A stretch of 64,000 nucleotides of DNA from an uncultured Methanomicrobiales archaeon. GTDB lineage: Archaea > Halobacteriota > Methanomicrobia > Methanomicrobiales > Methanospirillaceae. How positions within the stretch are numbered: the first letter of the stretch is position 1; every line of letters starts with the position of its first letter. Under the pieces are notes generated by a model. It was not told where the DNA came from, did no database searches, and saw only the letters and a program-made list of their open reading frames with translations. Made by a program: the position numbers and the translations under genes. The DNA lies in NCBI GenBank assembly GCA_963758915.1, contig CAVWXH010000002.1:1-64000 (forward strand), in the 5' to 3' direction. Shown piece by piece: positions 21,023 to 30,368 of this stretch.

Positions 21023-23497
21023 TCATCCCAGCCCGAACTGCGCAAGCGTGGTCCTCGAAGGGTCGATACTCGCCCAGTCCCACCCGAGTGCTTCAATGAT
21101 ACGCGAGATCGGCTGCTTGATTGTCTTGTCAAGCATCATCTCGGAATCTATGATAAACTCAGGAGGCACCTGGTCACCGTATTCGAAACAGAGGACGTCG
21201 GTCCTTGGGTATTTCGATTTAACCCCCTTGATATAGACCCGTTTCGGCTTACTGCCCTTTGAAAACTTCATGCCAAGGTGTTCGTTGGCATACTTTGCAC
21301 CCCTGATATGGGCGTCATCATTCTCGTAATCGGCAAGCTGCTTGCCAATCCCGCCAGGGATCCCTATCTCGTCAAGAGTGTAACGGCCACCCCGGTAGTC
21401 CCTGATAATTGTTCCCAGGTAGGTCCTGATCACTTCAAAGGGCTCACCGTGAAGGATCATCTCCATCACTTTCATCTGGACCCGTTTTGTAATCTGGGGG
21501 TAATCGCTTCTCCTGATCTCGAAACCGACGATATCGATCTCATCGACAATCTTCCCCTCCTTCCAGGTAAGGTGGCCTGCATACCGTTTTTTCTTTCCGG
21601 CCTGGAAGAAACTGCCATAGATCTTTTCGAATTTGATAGAAAAGTAGTGGGTACCGGCATTCAGCTCTCTTCCCGCAAAATCCCCGTAACTTTCATTCAA
21701 TTCCTTTTCGATCACCCGGGCGTTGGCTATAGTTTCCTCTATACCCATGTCGGGCAGCTGGACCATGCAGGAATCGGTATCGCCATAAATCACCCGGTAC
21801 CCCGCTTTTTCGATTACACTTCGCGTATGTTCGATAATCGCCCGCCCTACCGATGTGACCGCCGAACCGATCTCCCTGTCATAAAGCCGGAACCTGGTAT
21901 ACCCGCTCACCCCGTAATAGGTATTCATAATTACCTTCAGGACGTTCTGCTGGAGGTCAAGAAGGACATATTCCGGGGAGCCAAACGCATAGAGATTACG
22001 CTGGCGTTTTTTCTCGTCACGTTCACCGAGGAGCTCTGCGATGATACTCCTTGTCAGCCCGTCCGGCTCTTTCCGGAACCTGATCCCGTTCGGTGCCCTG
22101 AGCTCCCCCTCCGGGTCTTTCGTCTCCGGCGATGCATTGATCGTCATCATCGCCATCGGGTAGAGCGATTTCAGGTCAAGGACCACGACGTTCGAGCGCA
22201 GACCACGGCTCGGGTCGAAAACGGTGGCCCCTTCAAACTCGTTGGCTGCAGCGAAACCCTTCGAAGGGAGCACATAGCGCCCGTGTGCTTTCCTGAGAAT
22301 ATAAATATCGATAACATTCGAGGAATTCAGGGTCCGGTCCAGCGGACACCCGACATACCGCGCGATTTCACGATAAAACTCGATAATGCTGTTTTTCTGG
22401 TTGATCCGGACGCATAGTTCCACGTCCTTGAAGTTGTATTCGACCAGGAGTTCGGGATCGCTTTTCCAGAGGTCACTCACCCCGCCTTTATAACGGACTT
22501 TTGCATCGCCCAGTTCTGCCTGGGCAATTGCATCGAGCCGGTAGGACTCCCGCTCGGACAGTTGCATCTTTTTATATCCCGACAGCAGGTCAAAGAGCCC
22601 ACGCCCGCGGACTGCATTTCGTTCCGTCTGTCCTGGCAACCTTGATAAAAGGGTCGAATTAAGCCCGATTGCCTCCATCCTTCCGGTGATATAGGGCATG
22701 TCGAAATCGACGAAGTTCCATCCTGACAGGATGTCCGGGTCCTTATTTTTAATATAGTCAATTAACCCTTCCAGCATTGCCTTTTCACCGGCATACGTGC
22801 AGATCGTATGCTTCCCGTGAGCAAAGCAGCCGTTTTTCAGGCCCCCGGTTGCCATCCGGGAGGTAAAATCGTAGGCGTCACCGCAGGGACTTGAGACAAA
22901 CGAGGTGTAATGGTCATCAAACGAGTCCCAGGCAGTCAGGCAGATGATCCTGTCGCGTCCTGGTTCTGGAAAACCGCGCTCATCCTCGCACTCGATATCC
23001 AGCATGCAGACGCGGGCCGGGGATGATACCTCAGTTTTTTTCAGGTCCCGGTAGTCAGCGATCAGAGTGGGGGCCTCTACACCACCGGTAAGGCCTGTAT
23101 CGATCAGGAAACGGGTCGCAAACGGGATATCCGCCTCGCAATGGTGGTATTTTTCACGCAGTTCCCGCACATCACCCGGGCGCTGGGTATAAAGCCGCCG
23201 TAATGGTTCACGATGAATCGAATAATAGGTGTTTTCCCTGTCAGCGGTGATCGATTGTGCAAGTGGTTTTCCATCCGCTTCTGCAGCGGGGACGTAAAAA
23301 TATGGTTTAAAACCTGTTACCTGGAGGTGCTGTGCCTGTCCATGCTCGTCCCGGCCGAATATATGGATGAGTGGCCCATCCGGGGTATTGCTATATTCAA
23401 CCTGGTTTATTCCGATTTTCCGGGTGCCTGGTTGACGGGCTCCTTCCTGTCCCATATGGGGGCGTGCCTGTCGATCAGATACCGCCGGTTCAGTCAT
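21023..23497 (-). CDS. polB: Family B DNA polymerase
   Basis: Exo I LDIECE, Exo II WN..FD, DLKSLYP, K..MNTYYG, YGDTDS, KKRY; no intein visible. Confidence 0.96.
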   Translation of the reverse strand: MTEPAVSDRQARPHMGQEGARQPGTRKIGINQVEYSNTPDGPLIHIFGRDEHGQAQHLQVTGFKPYFYVPAAEADGKPLAQSITADRENTYYSIHREPLRRLYTQRPGDVRELREKYHHCEADIPFATRFLIDTGLTGGVEAPTLIADYRDLKKTEVSSPARVCMLDIECEDERGFPEPGRDRIICLTAWDSFDDHYTSFVSSPCGDAYDFTSRMATGGLKNGCFAHGKHTICTYAGEKAMLEGLIDYIKNKDPDILSGWNFVDFDMPYITGRMEAIGLNSTLLSRLPGQTERNAVRGRGLFDLLSGYKKMQLSERESYRLDAIAQAELGDAKVRYKGGVSDLWKSDPELLVEYNFKDVELCVRINQKNSIIEFYREIARYVGCPLDRTLNSSNVIDIYILRKAHGRYVLPSKGFAAANEFEGATVFDPSRGLRSNVVVLDLKSLYPMAMMTINASPETKDPEGELRAPNGIRFRKEPDGLTRSIIAELLGERDEKKRQRNLYAFGSPEYVLLDLQQNVLKVIMNTYYGVSGYTRFRLYDREIGSAVTSVGRAIIEHTRSVIEKAGYRVIYGDTDSCMVQLPDMGIEETIANARVIEKELNESYGDFAGRELNAGTHYFSIKFEKIYGSFFQAGKKKRYAGHLTWKEGKIVDEIDIVGFEIRRSDYPQITKRVQMKVMEMILHGEPFEVIRTYLGTIIRDYRGGRYTLDEIGIPGGIGKQLADYENDDAHIRGAKYANEHLGMKFSKGSKPKRVYIKGVKSKYPRTDVLCFEYGDQVPPEFIIDSEMMLDKTIKQPISRIIEALGWDWASIDPSRTTLAQFGLG

Positions 23498-24356
23498 CCA
23501 TGTTCCTGCAGAGTTCCCTGGTTGCTTCCGCTGCCGCCTGCAAATGGGACTCTTCCCAGTCGTCGAGCTTCCATTCCTCTATCTTGTGAACCCCGTTTCT
23601 TCCGATCCGTGCAGGGACGCCAAGGGAGCAGCCCTCGATCCCGTATTCTCCCGAGAGGACACACGAGCAGGTGATGAGTGAACGGCTGTCCCTGGAAATC
23701 ATCCTGATAAGGTCAGTGATATGCCAGGCAGGCCCAAACACGGTACCCCCTTTACCCTGTATGATCTCCATGCTTGCACCCCGCAGTTCAGCCAGCACCT
23801 CTTCCCTGGTGGTGGCCGGGACCACATCCGGGAGGGATGAAAAGATCGGTACCTGGTGCTCACCATGGTCCCCGATTACCCATGCCTGCCCCTTTATCTC
23901 TCTCTTTTTCAGGGCGACGGCATACCGGGCACTGTCAAGCTGCCCGCCGAAGCCGATGCACCGCCGTGGATCAATTCCGGTCTCTTCGGCGAAGAAATAG
24001 TTATTCACGTCCATCGGGTTTGTCACGGTGATAAGTACTCCGTCATAGTCATGGAGTGGTCTGCTGCACTGCTCCGCAACAGGAAGGTTCACGCGGAGGA
24101 GGTCTGCCCTTGTTTTTACCGCCGGGTCTCTTGGAAAACCTGCAGCAAAGACGCAGATATCCGATTCTTTGGCGGTCCATGGATCAGTACTTATCTCAAT
24201 ATCAAGGCCGGCATGCATAATGTCCAGCACCTGAGCGTGGAGAAACGGCTTATTTACATCATAGATAACCAGTTTATCGATGATACCGAGGACGGATGCG
24301 AGGTACGCCACTTCGCCCCCGATCTTTCCTGCCCCCAGTACTGCAAGGCATGTCAT
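23490..24356 (-). CDS. mdh: Malate/lactate dehydrogenase family protein
   Basis: GAGKIG, AG.PR...RADLL..N, VTNPMD, LDSAR, GDHGE. Confidence 0.85.
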   Translation of the reverse strand: MTCLAVLGAGKIGGEVAYLASVLGIIDKLVIYDVNKPFLHAQVLDIMHAGLDIEISTDPWTAKESDICVFAAGFPRDPAVKTRADLLRVNLPVAEQCSRPLHDYDGVLITVTNPMDVNNYFFAEETGIDPRRCIGFGGQLDSARYAVALKKREIKGQAWVIGDHGEHQVPIFSSLPDVVPATTREEVLAELRGASMEIIQGKGGTVFGPAWHITDLIRMISRDSRSLITCSCVLSGEYGIEGCSLGVPARIGRNGVHKIEEWKLDDWEESHLQAAAEATRELCRNMDD

Positions 24357-24417
24357 GACTTCTAGTATTGGTTTTCACGAGAATAAATAATTACAATTGA
24401 AACTATCTTTCTTCTGG

Positions 24418-25305
24418 ATGATCAGGCTGAAAACAGGCAGTGTAACGGCAGGTGGTGTTCAGATGGAGAACCATCTTATCCTTGCAGCAGGGATCCTCGG
24501 GACAACCGGCGCATCACTCGCCCGTATTCTTTCAACAGGGGCAGGAGCGGTGGTCACCAAATCGATCGGGCCGTTCCCGCATGAAGGTCATCCCGGCCCC
24601 TGTTTTTGCGAGATCAACGGCGGCCTGATCAATGCGATGGGCCTGCCCAATCCATCAAAGGACTTTTTACCCGAATTAGACCCCTTAAAAGGTAAACCTG
24701 TTGTTGCAAGCGTTTTTGGCGGGAATCCATATGAGTTCCACGATGTGGCCTCCTGGTTTAAGGGCCGGGTGTCAGGGGTAGAGCTGAACCTGAGCTGCCC
24801 GCATGCCGAAGGGTACGGGGCTGCAATCGGGAGTGATCCTGACATGGTCGAGGCATGTACGAAAGCGGTCAAGTCCCTCGGGATGCCTGTGTGGGTGAAA
24901 CTCACCCCGAATGTCACCGATATCACTGCCTGCGGGGCAGCAGCCGAACGGGGTGGAGCCGATGGGATCGTTGCTATCAATACCGTTAAAGCGATGCGGA
25001 TCTCCACCGATCTCATGCGCCCTGTCCTTGGTAACAGGTTCGGCGGATTATCGGGCCCGGCGATCTTCCCCGTCGCCGTCCGGTGTGTGTACGAACTCTA
25101 CGAAGCATGCAGTATCCCGATTATTGGTTGTGGCGGGGTATCGTCTGCACACGACGTGGTGGAGATGATGATGGCCGGTGCTTCGGCTGTCCAGGTTGGC
25201 AGTGCCGTAATCCGTGACCGGGATATATTCGCCTCGATTCGTGACACGCTCTACTCACCTGATGGTATACCTTCTGAGGAGATCGTGGGGTGTGCGCATG
25301 GGTGA
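24418..25305 (+). CDS. pyrD: Dihydroorotate dehydrogenase catalytic subunit (type 1B)
   Basis: VTKS, NAMGL.N, ELNLSCPH, VKLTPN, INT, GGLSG, GCGGV. Confidence 0.95.
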   Translation: MIRLKTGSVTAGGVQMENHLILAAGILGTTGASLARILSTGAGAVVTKSIGPFPHEGHPGPCFCEINGGLINAMGLPNPSKDFLPELDPLKGKPVVASVFGGNPYEFHDVASWFKGRVSGVELNLSCPHAEGYGAAIGSDPDMVEACTKAVKSLGMPVWVKLTPNVTDITACGAAAERGGADGIVAINTVKAMRISTDLMRPVLGNRFGGLSGPAIFPVAVRCVYELYEACSIPIIGCGGVSSAHDVVEMMMAGASAVQVGSAVIRDRDIFASIRDTLYSPDGIPSEEIVGCAHG

Positions 25306-26063
25306 CCACCTCCCGGCCGGTGTCCGGATTACGGAGGTCGTGAGGGAGACACCCTCGGTCTCGACACTCTGGTTTGATCAACGGTTCTCATTCAATCCCG
25401 GGCAGTTTGTCATGGTCTGGGTCCCGGGTATCGACGAGGTCCCGATGGCACTATCTTCCCCGTCTTCCATTACGGTCCAGAAAGCCGGGGATGCGACAGC
25501 AGACTCTCATATCAATGAAGGAAGGTGATCAAATCGGAATCAGGGGCCCGTTTGGCAACGGGTTCGCCTTGAAGGATGATACGCTTGCAATTGCGGGTGG
25601 TGTGGGTGCTGCCCCCCTTCTCCCCCTTGCCATGACGGGCGTCGTATCGACTTTCATCCTGGGGGCGCGTACTGCTGATGAACTTCTCTTCAGGAAGGGC
25701 CTTGAAAAGGTGACCGAACTCATAATCATGACTGATGATGGTTCTGCCGGTGAAACGGGGTTTGCGGTGCAGGGTATGGATGACCTTGCGCTTGACCGGT
25801 ATTCACAGGTATGTGTATGCGGGCCGGAAAAGATGATGTCCGCGGTCCTCATCCGCCTCCGCGGGGAGGGTCTCGAAGAGCGCGGAAAATTCAGCCTCCA
25901 CCGGTACATGAAATGCGGTTGTGGTGTATGCGGCTCCTGCTGCATTGATCCGTCCGGGCTCCGGGTTTGCAGGGATGGCCCGGTTTTTTCCGGTGAATTG
26001 CTCCTTATTAGTGAATTCGGGCACTATTCACGAGACGGGAGTGGAAGACGGAGACCTGTGTGA
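25298..26063 (+). CDS. pyrK: Dihydroorotate dehydrogenase electron-transfer subunit, apparent +1 insertion near 25500
   Basis: PGQFVMVW..DEVPM in the first frame; RGPFGNGF, GGVGAAP, CGPE, MKCGCGVCGSC...VCRDGPVF in the second. Confidence 0.88.
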
Positions 26064-26282
26064 AAAACCCTTAATGAAGTCTGTTTGACAATCTTCAATG
26101 TTTACTGGTATGGGTAACTTACAGGGGGCTTCTGTACTTAATTTGAAACATTTAATTCAATTTAAGCCTGAATTACAAAAAGAAAGTTATTAATAAAACC
26201 ACAAAGGATTTTAATCTGAACCTATACGAAAAACGAATTCCTAAGGTGAGTATAGGTATGACAAACGGAGAGGTGTAAAAAA

Positions 26283-27161
26283 ATGGTATTTCATCCCCCA
26301 GTGGCAATCGTTGCGAAAGCCGGTGACGCTGGTAAGTACAAGGTAGGCCTTCCCGCATGGAACATGGTAATACGTGGTTTCATGTCAGGGGCCTACATCG
26401 CGATGGGTGCAGCCCTTGCAACAGTCTGTTCGACTGGTATTATGGCAACCGATGTTGCACTGCGCTACGGAACGGCAAGTGCAGGTTTCTCACAGCTCAT
26501 TCTTGGTGCAGTGTTCCCTGTCGGGCTTATTATCACCGTATTAACTGGTGCTGAACTCTTCACCGGTGACGCAATGCTCGCCCCGATGGCAGCATTTATC
26601 CACAAGGTCAGCTGGATGCAGGTCCTCAACTTATGGGTCTGGGTATATATCGGGAACCTTATCGGCTCTCTGGTATTTGCTTACATCATGGCATACGGCC
26701 CCTTCACTACCTGGGACGCTGCCGGAGCTGCGACAGTGACTGCGTTCGGTACGAGGGCGATAGCCATTGCGTCTGCGAAGGTCAGTTATGTGGGAGTAGC
26801 GGGCATGTGGTCTGCGTTCCTTAAGGCAATCGCCTGTAACTGGCTTGTCAACCTCGCTATCCTGCTCGGGATCTGTTCTGACGACATGGTCGGCAAGTTC
26901 TTTGGGATCTGGTTCCCGATCATGGCCTTCGTTTCGAGCGGTTTCGAACACTCGATCGCAAACATGTATTTCATACCTGCCGGGATTCTGACACAGGGAT
27001 TCATCACTGACCCGACAAAGATCAATGCCGGACTCAACTGGGTTACCATGTGGACGAATAACGTTATTATCGTCACAATCGGTAACATCGTGGGTGCGTT
27101 GTTCTTCGTTGGTATCATCTACTGGGTCGCGTTCAGAAAAGAGATCGCCGCGTTAAAGTAG
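26283..27161 (+). CDS. fdhC: Formate/nitrite transporter (FNT family)
   Basis: FPVGL...GAELFTG, GN..G, CNWLV, GFEHSIANM, TIGNIVG. Confidence 0.93.
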   Translation: MVFHPPVAIVAKAGDAGKYKVGLPAWNMVIRGFMSGAYIAMGAALATVCSTGIMATDVALRYGTASAGFSQLILGAVFPVGLIITVLTGAELFTGDAMLAPMAAFIHKVSWMQVLNLWVWVYIGNLIGSLVFAYIMAYGPFTTWDAAGAATVTAFGTRAIAIASAKVSYVGVAGMWSAFLKAIACNWLVNLAILLGICSDDMVGKFFGIWFPIMAFVSSGFEHSIANMYFIPAGILTQGFITDPTKINAGLNWVTMWTNNVIIVTIGNIVGALFFVGIIYWVAFRKEIAALK

Positions 27162-27172
27162 AGTAAACCCGG

Positions 27173-27706
27173 ATGAAAATCGGAAATATAACTGTGAGGA
27201 TATCGATCGTCGCGCTTGCGGTGGTCGTTCTCTTCACAATTCTTTTATTTTTTGCCTATACCAGTTCGGGCAATACAATGCTGCTACTATACGGCATTCC
27301 CGCGGTACTCCTCCTTCTCGTGATACCGATGGCGCTCAATTATATGAGCCAGAAGGAGTACATGGAACTCGTCCCGGAATATGAACGGGAGGCAAGACCG
27401 GTCCGGATTAAGATGATCAACAGTGGTATGATGGGACAGGTCGTCAGGATCGAGGGTGTCGTGGAACGTACCTATTTCCAGTTCCTTAACCGCCCGCAAT
27501 TCCTTGTCGGTGACAGGACTGGTGAGATATCAGTTAAGATGTTCACGAGCCCCCAGGAAGAGATCAAAAAGGATGACGTGGTTGAGGTGCTGGGAAAAAT
27601 CATACAGCGGTACATATTCACCGGTGAACCTGTGGTGAACTGTGTCTCAATCAGAAAAATTCCCAAAAAAATTGAAGTTAAAAAGGATTCTTCAAAAAAG
27701 GAATAA
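27173..27706 (+). CDS. Membrane-anchored OB-fold protein
   Basis: Two N-terminal TM helices, then OB-fold pattern (VRIEGVV...DRTGEISV...DDVVEVLG). Confidence 0.7.
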   Translation: MKIGNITVRISIVALAVVVLFTILLFFAYTSSGNTMLLLYGIPAVLLLLVIPMALNYMSQKEYMELVPEYEREARPVRIKMINSGMMGQVVRIEGVVERTYFQFLNRPQFLVGDRTGEISVKMFTSPQEEIKKDDVVEVLGKIIQRYIFTGEPVVNCVSIRKIPKKIEVKKDSSKKE

Positions 27707-27742
27707 TCCTTTCACGAGTCTGGTTTTAGTAGATTTGTCTTT

Positions 27743-29362
27743 TTAGAACCCGGTGTCGAGTCCGTCCGATATATTCTGTTTCTTTTCCCGGTTGAGTTCC
27801 GAAATATAATCCTCAAAACGGTGAATACGGGTGCTGACCGGGAACGGGATACCGATCGTGCTGATTATAGCCTCACCCCTGTCAAGGGTCTGGATCTCGA
27901 TCTCCATTCTCGAGAGGTCCTGCTTGGCACTGCCCATGATGATGTCGCGATCACCGCGATCGCCAAGGCCCATGACGACAAAGGTATTGATTTGTGCAAG
28001 TACCTTGGGATCGACATTCTTGGGCTGCTGGGTTACCACGCAGAGACCTACACCGAATTTTCGCCCTTCCATTGCACATTCCCTGAACACCTGTGTGGAA
28101 GAACCCCCGCTTGCGAGCACCCGCTGCGCTTCTTCGATTGTAATCAGCACCTGGTGGGATGCCCCGTGCCTGTCGTCGATCCCGAAACCACGTGCTTCGT
28201 TCCGGTGTTTCTCCATGATCATCCTGGTGATGATAGAGAGGACGAACAACTCGCTCCGTTCGCTCATATCAGGGATATCGATCAGGACTACCCGGTTATC
28301 ATGGAGGTTTGCGAGGATATCGGGGACAGATGAACCCTGCGGGCGGAAGAAGGCCTTGTTGCCGTTGACGAGGTTGTCGATGTACCGCTTTATTACCATC
28401 ACCGGTCCGCCCATGGAGTTCCGTATCTTCCATGACAGGCTGCCTTCTTTCACACCGGCTGCGAGAATATCCTTTATCGGGAAAATTGCCGGATCGACGG
28501 TCTGGAAGTATTCAATGATATCTTTTCCTTTTACGTCGGTGAATGCCTCGATAATGTCATGCTGTGGCCCTGTAACATCGTGGAGAATAGAGAGGTCGCT
28601 GATCCTGAAATCGTCGTATTCAAGGTAGAGCGTGTTCATCCCGTACCGCTTACGGTCGTTGTCTCCCCTGATCGTGAATATAGCGAGGCCGTCCCTTCCT
28701 TCTGTATAATGGACGAGCCCCTTTGTCGGCTCCCCTGTAGAGGACTTCCCGCCACTCACATATTCCCCGTGCGGGTCCACGATTAATAGCCCGAATTTCT
28801 GGTGTTTCATGCACGATGCGCAGAAGGTCTTCATGAAGTTGCTCTTCCCCATTCCCGTTGTCGCGAAAACACCCATATGCTGGGGAAGGACTTTTGCGGG
28901 GATCCGGACAGCCACCTCCCTGATGATGTCCTGGCCGCTCCGCATGTAGCCGACCTCTATCTCGCCCATCTGTTCGGTAAGGAATCTGAAGTCCTCTGCA
29001 GCCGGGTCTTCGACCGTCGAGAATTTCGAGGGGATCGTCCTCGGCTTGTGGAACCCTCCTTTATTGTCGACGAACCCGAGCGGGACTGCCTCCACCCCGA
29101 TGAACACGTCCTCACCGAGGCCGTAGAACTTCTCTGCATAGACCCGGGTATCCCAGCGGTTGTCGGCGAAATTACTATCGTGGGTGAGGTCAGTGATTTT
29201 TGCAAAGAACGTGACGTCCTTGGTTTTATCGGTAATTTTCTTGATGTCCCCTACATAGAGGGTCGCATCGTAGGGTGCGATGAAACGGTAGCCGAGGACG
29301 CTCTTCCCGACCAGCCGGTATTTTGAAGGGTCTGTGGTATCAGTATCGTGCAAATTCATCAT
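27743..29362 (-). CDS. herA: HerA helicase/translocase (DUF87 ATPase)
   Basis: HMGVFATTGMGKS, DPHGEY, IEEAQ, EGRKFGVG..VTQQP; last gene of the mre11-rad50-nurA operon. Confidence 0.92.
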   Translation of the reverse strand: MMNLHDTDTTDPSKYRLVGKSVLGYRFIAPYDATLYVGDIKKITDKTKDVTFFAKITDLTHDSNFADNRWDTRVYAEKFYGLGEDVFIGVEAVPLGFVDNKGGFHKPRTIPSKFSTVEDPAAEDFRFLTEQMGEIEVGYMRSGQDIIREVAVRIPAKVLPQHMGVFATTGMGKSNFMKTFCASCMKHQKFGLLIVDPHGEYVSGGKSSTGEPTKGLVHYTEGRDGLAIFTIRGDNDRKRYGMNTLYLEYDDFRISDLSILHDVTGPQHDIIEAFTDVKGKDIIEYFQTVDPAIFPIKDILAAGVKEGSLSWKIRNSMGGPVMVIKRYIDNLVNGNKAFFRPQGSSVPDILANLHDNRVVLIDIPDMSERSELFVLSIITRMIMEKHRNEARGFGIDDRHGASHQVLITIEEAQRVLASGGSSTQVFRECAMEGRKFGVGLCVVTQQPKNVDPKVLAQINTFVVMGLGDRGDRDIIMGSAKQDLSRMEIEIQTLDRGEAIISTIGIPFPVSTRIHRFEDYISELNREKKQNISDGLDTGF

Positions 29363-30368
29363 GGTAATCTCCGAACAGGATATCAAATGTCTGTCGTTCT
29401 ATGCCAGTGTCCGCGATCCGGCGCATCAGGTCCGACCTGACCTGCTCCACGATCTCTTCGGTGAGGACAACGGTGCGGTGGGCATCGAAGAGGGGGTACG
29501 GGTATCCCGGTATCCGGCCGTCACCGGAGCAGGCAGCGAGCCGGTCCATAATGTTCCTGACAGAGGACGCGGTGGTCTCCACCGGGAGGTCGATTTTCAG
29601 CGGGGACTTTGCCCGGGGGTGCAGGCAGGTAATGTACATCTGCCCATGCTGCCACCGGGGAAACTGGGCATGGTCGAGCATTTCTGTTTCGACCCTGATC
29701 CACCAGGGGGCTTTTACCCCGAGCTCTTTTGCGAGCCCGTTCACCGATGGGAGGATTGGATGACCGCCGCCCCAGGTGGCCGTAGTCCGCTTGGAGACCC
29801 CCGCAAGGCCAATATTCCGGAGCCTGCAGGCGTTCTCGATTCTCGTCAGGACTATATCATGGCTTGCGTGGGAGACCCGGAGGGGGCCGTCCCTCAGGAG
29901 CAGTGCACCGGAACCAAGCGACCCTGCCAGGGTTTCTGTGACCCAGTATTCGACGGTATCCCGGAGGATCGAGGCTGCCCTTGTCCGGTCCTCGTTTTCC
30001 AATGGCGTCCCCGGGACTACCCCGAAACAGTCCTTGTACAGGCCGGGGAAGTCCTGGTTTTCCACACCGGGCCCGATCATGGCGAATGTTAACGGGGTTA
30101 ACGATCTCCTGCCCCGTTCCAGGTTATTAAACGTGCTCTGGGCGGCCCGGAAGAGGACAAGGGCCATGCTCCCCGATTCGAGGAGCATGACATTGCTCCC
30201 GTCGATGGCACATATCTCACCGCAGTCGCCCGGGTTGCAAGCCTGGAAATCGTCCCGTGTGATCTTGCTTTCCGCCCTGAATTTCTGGACGAGATTTTTT
30301 GGAATTGTCGCCTGGAGCTTGCCAATAGCGGTATGTACTGCTGTATCGTACTCAGAGTCGTTCGGCAT
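29340..30368 (-). CDS. nurA: NurA 5'-3' nuclease
   Basis: AIDGS, LRDGPL, GVSKRT, GYPYPL.DAH motifs. Confidence 0.92.
   Translation of the reverse strand: MPNDSEYDTAVHTAIGKLQATIPKNLVQKFRAESKITRDDFQACNPGDCGEICAIDGSNVMLLESGSMALVLFRAAQSTFNNLERGRRSLTPLTFAMIGPGVENQDFPGLYKDCFGVVPGTPLENEDRTRAASILRDTVEYWVTETLAGSLGSGALLLRDGPLRVSHASHDIVLTRIENACRLRNIGLAGVSKRTTATWGGGHPILPSVNGLAKELGVKAPWWIRVETEMLDHAQFPRWQHGQMYITCLHPRAKSPLKIDLPVETTASSVRNIMDRLAACSGDGRIPGYPYPLFDAHRTVVLTEEIVEQVRSDLMRRIADTGIERQTFDILFGDYHDEFARY

Noticed and set aside
21023-23497. Intein or viral/casposon origin of the family B polymerase
   Set aside because: Normal length, contiguous motifs, embedded among housekeeping genes (mdh, pyrD), with no cas1 or terminal repeats.
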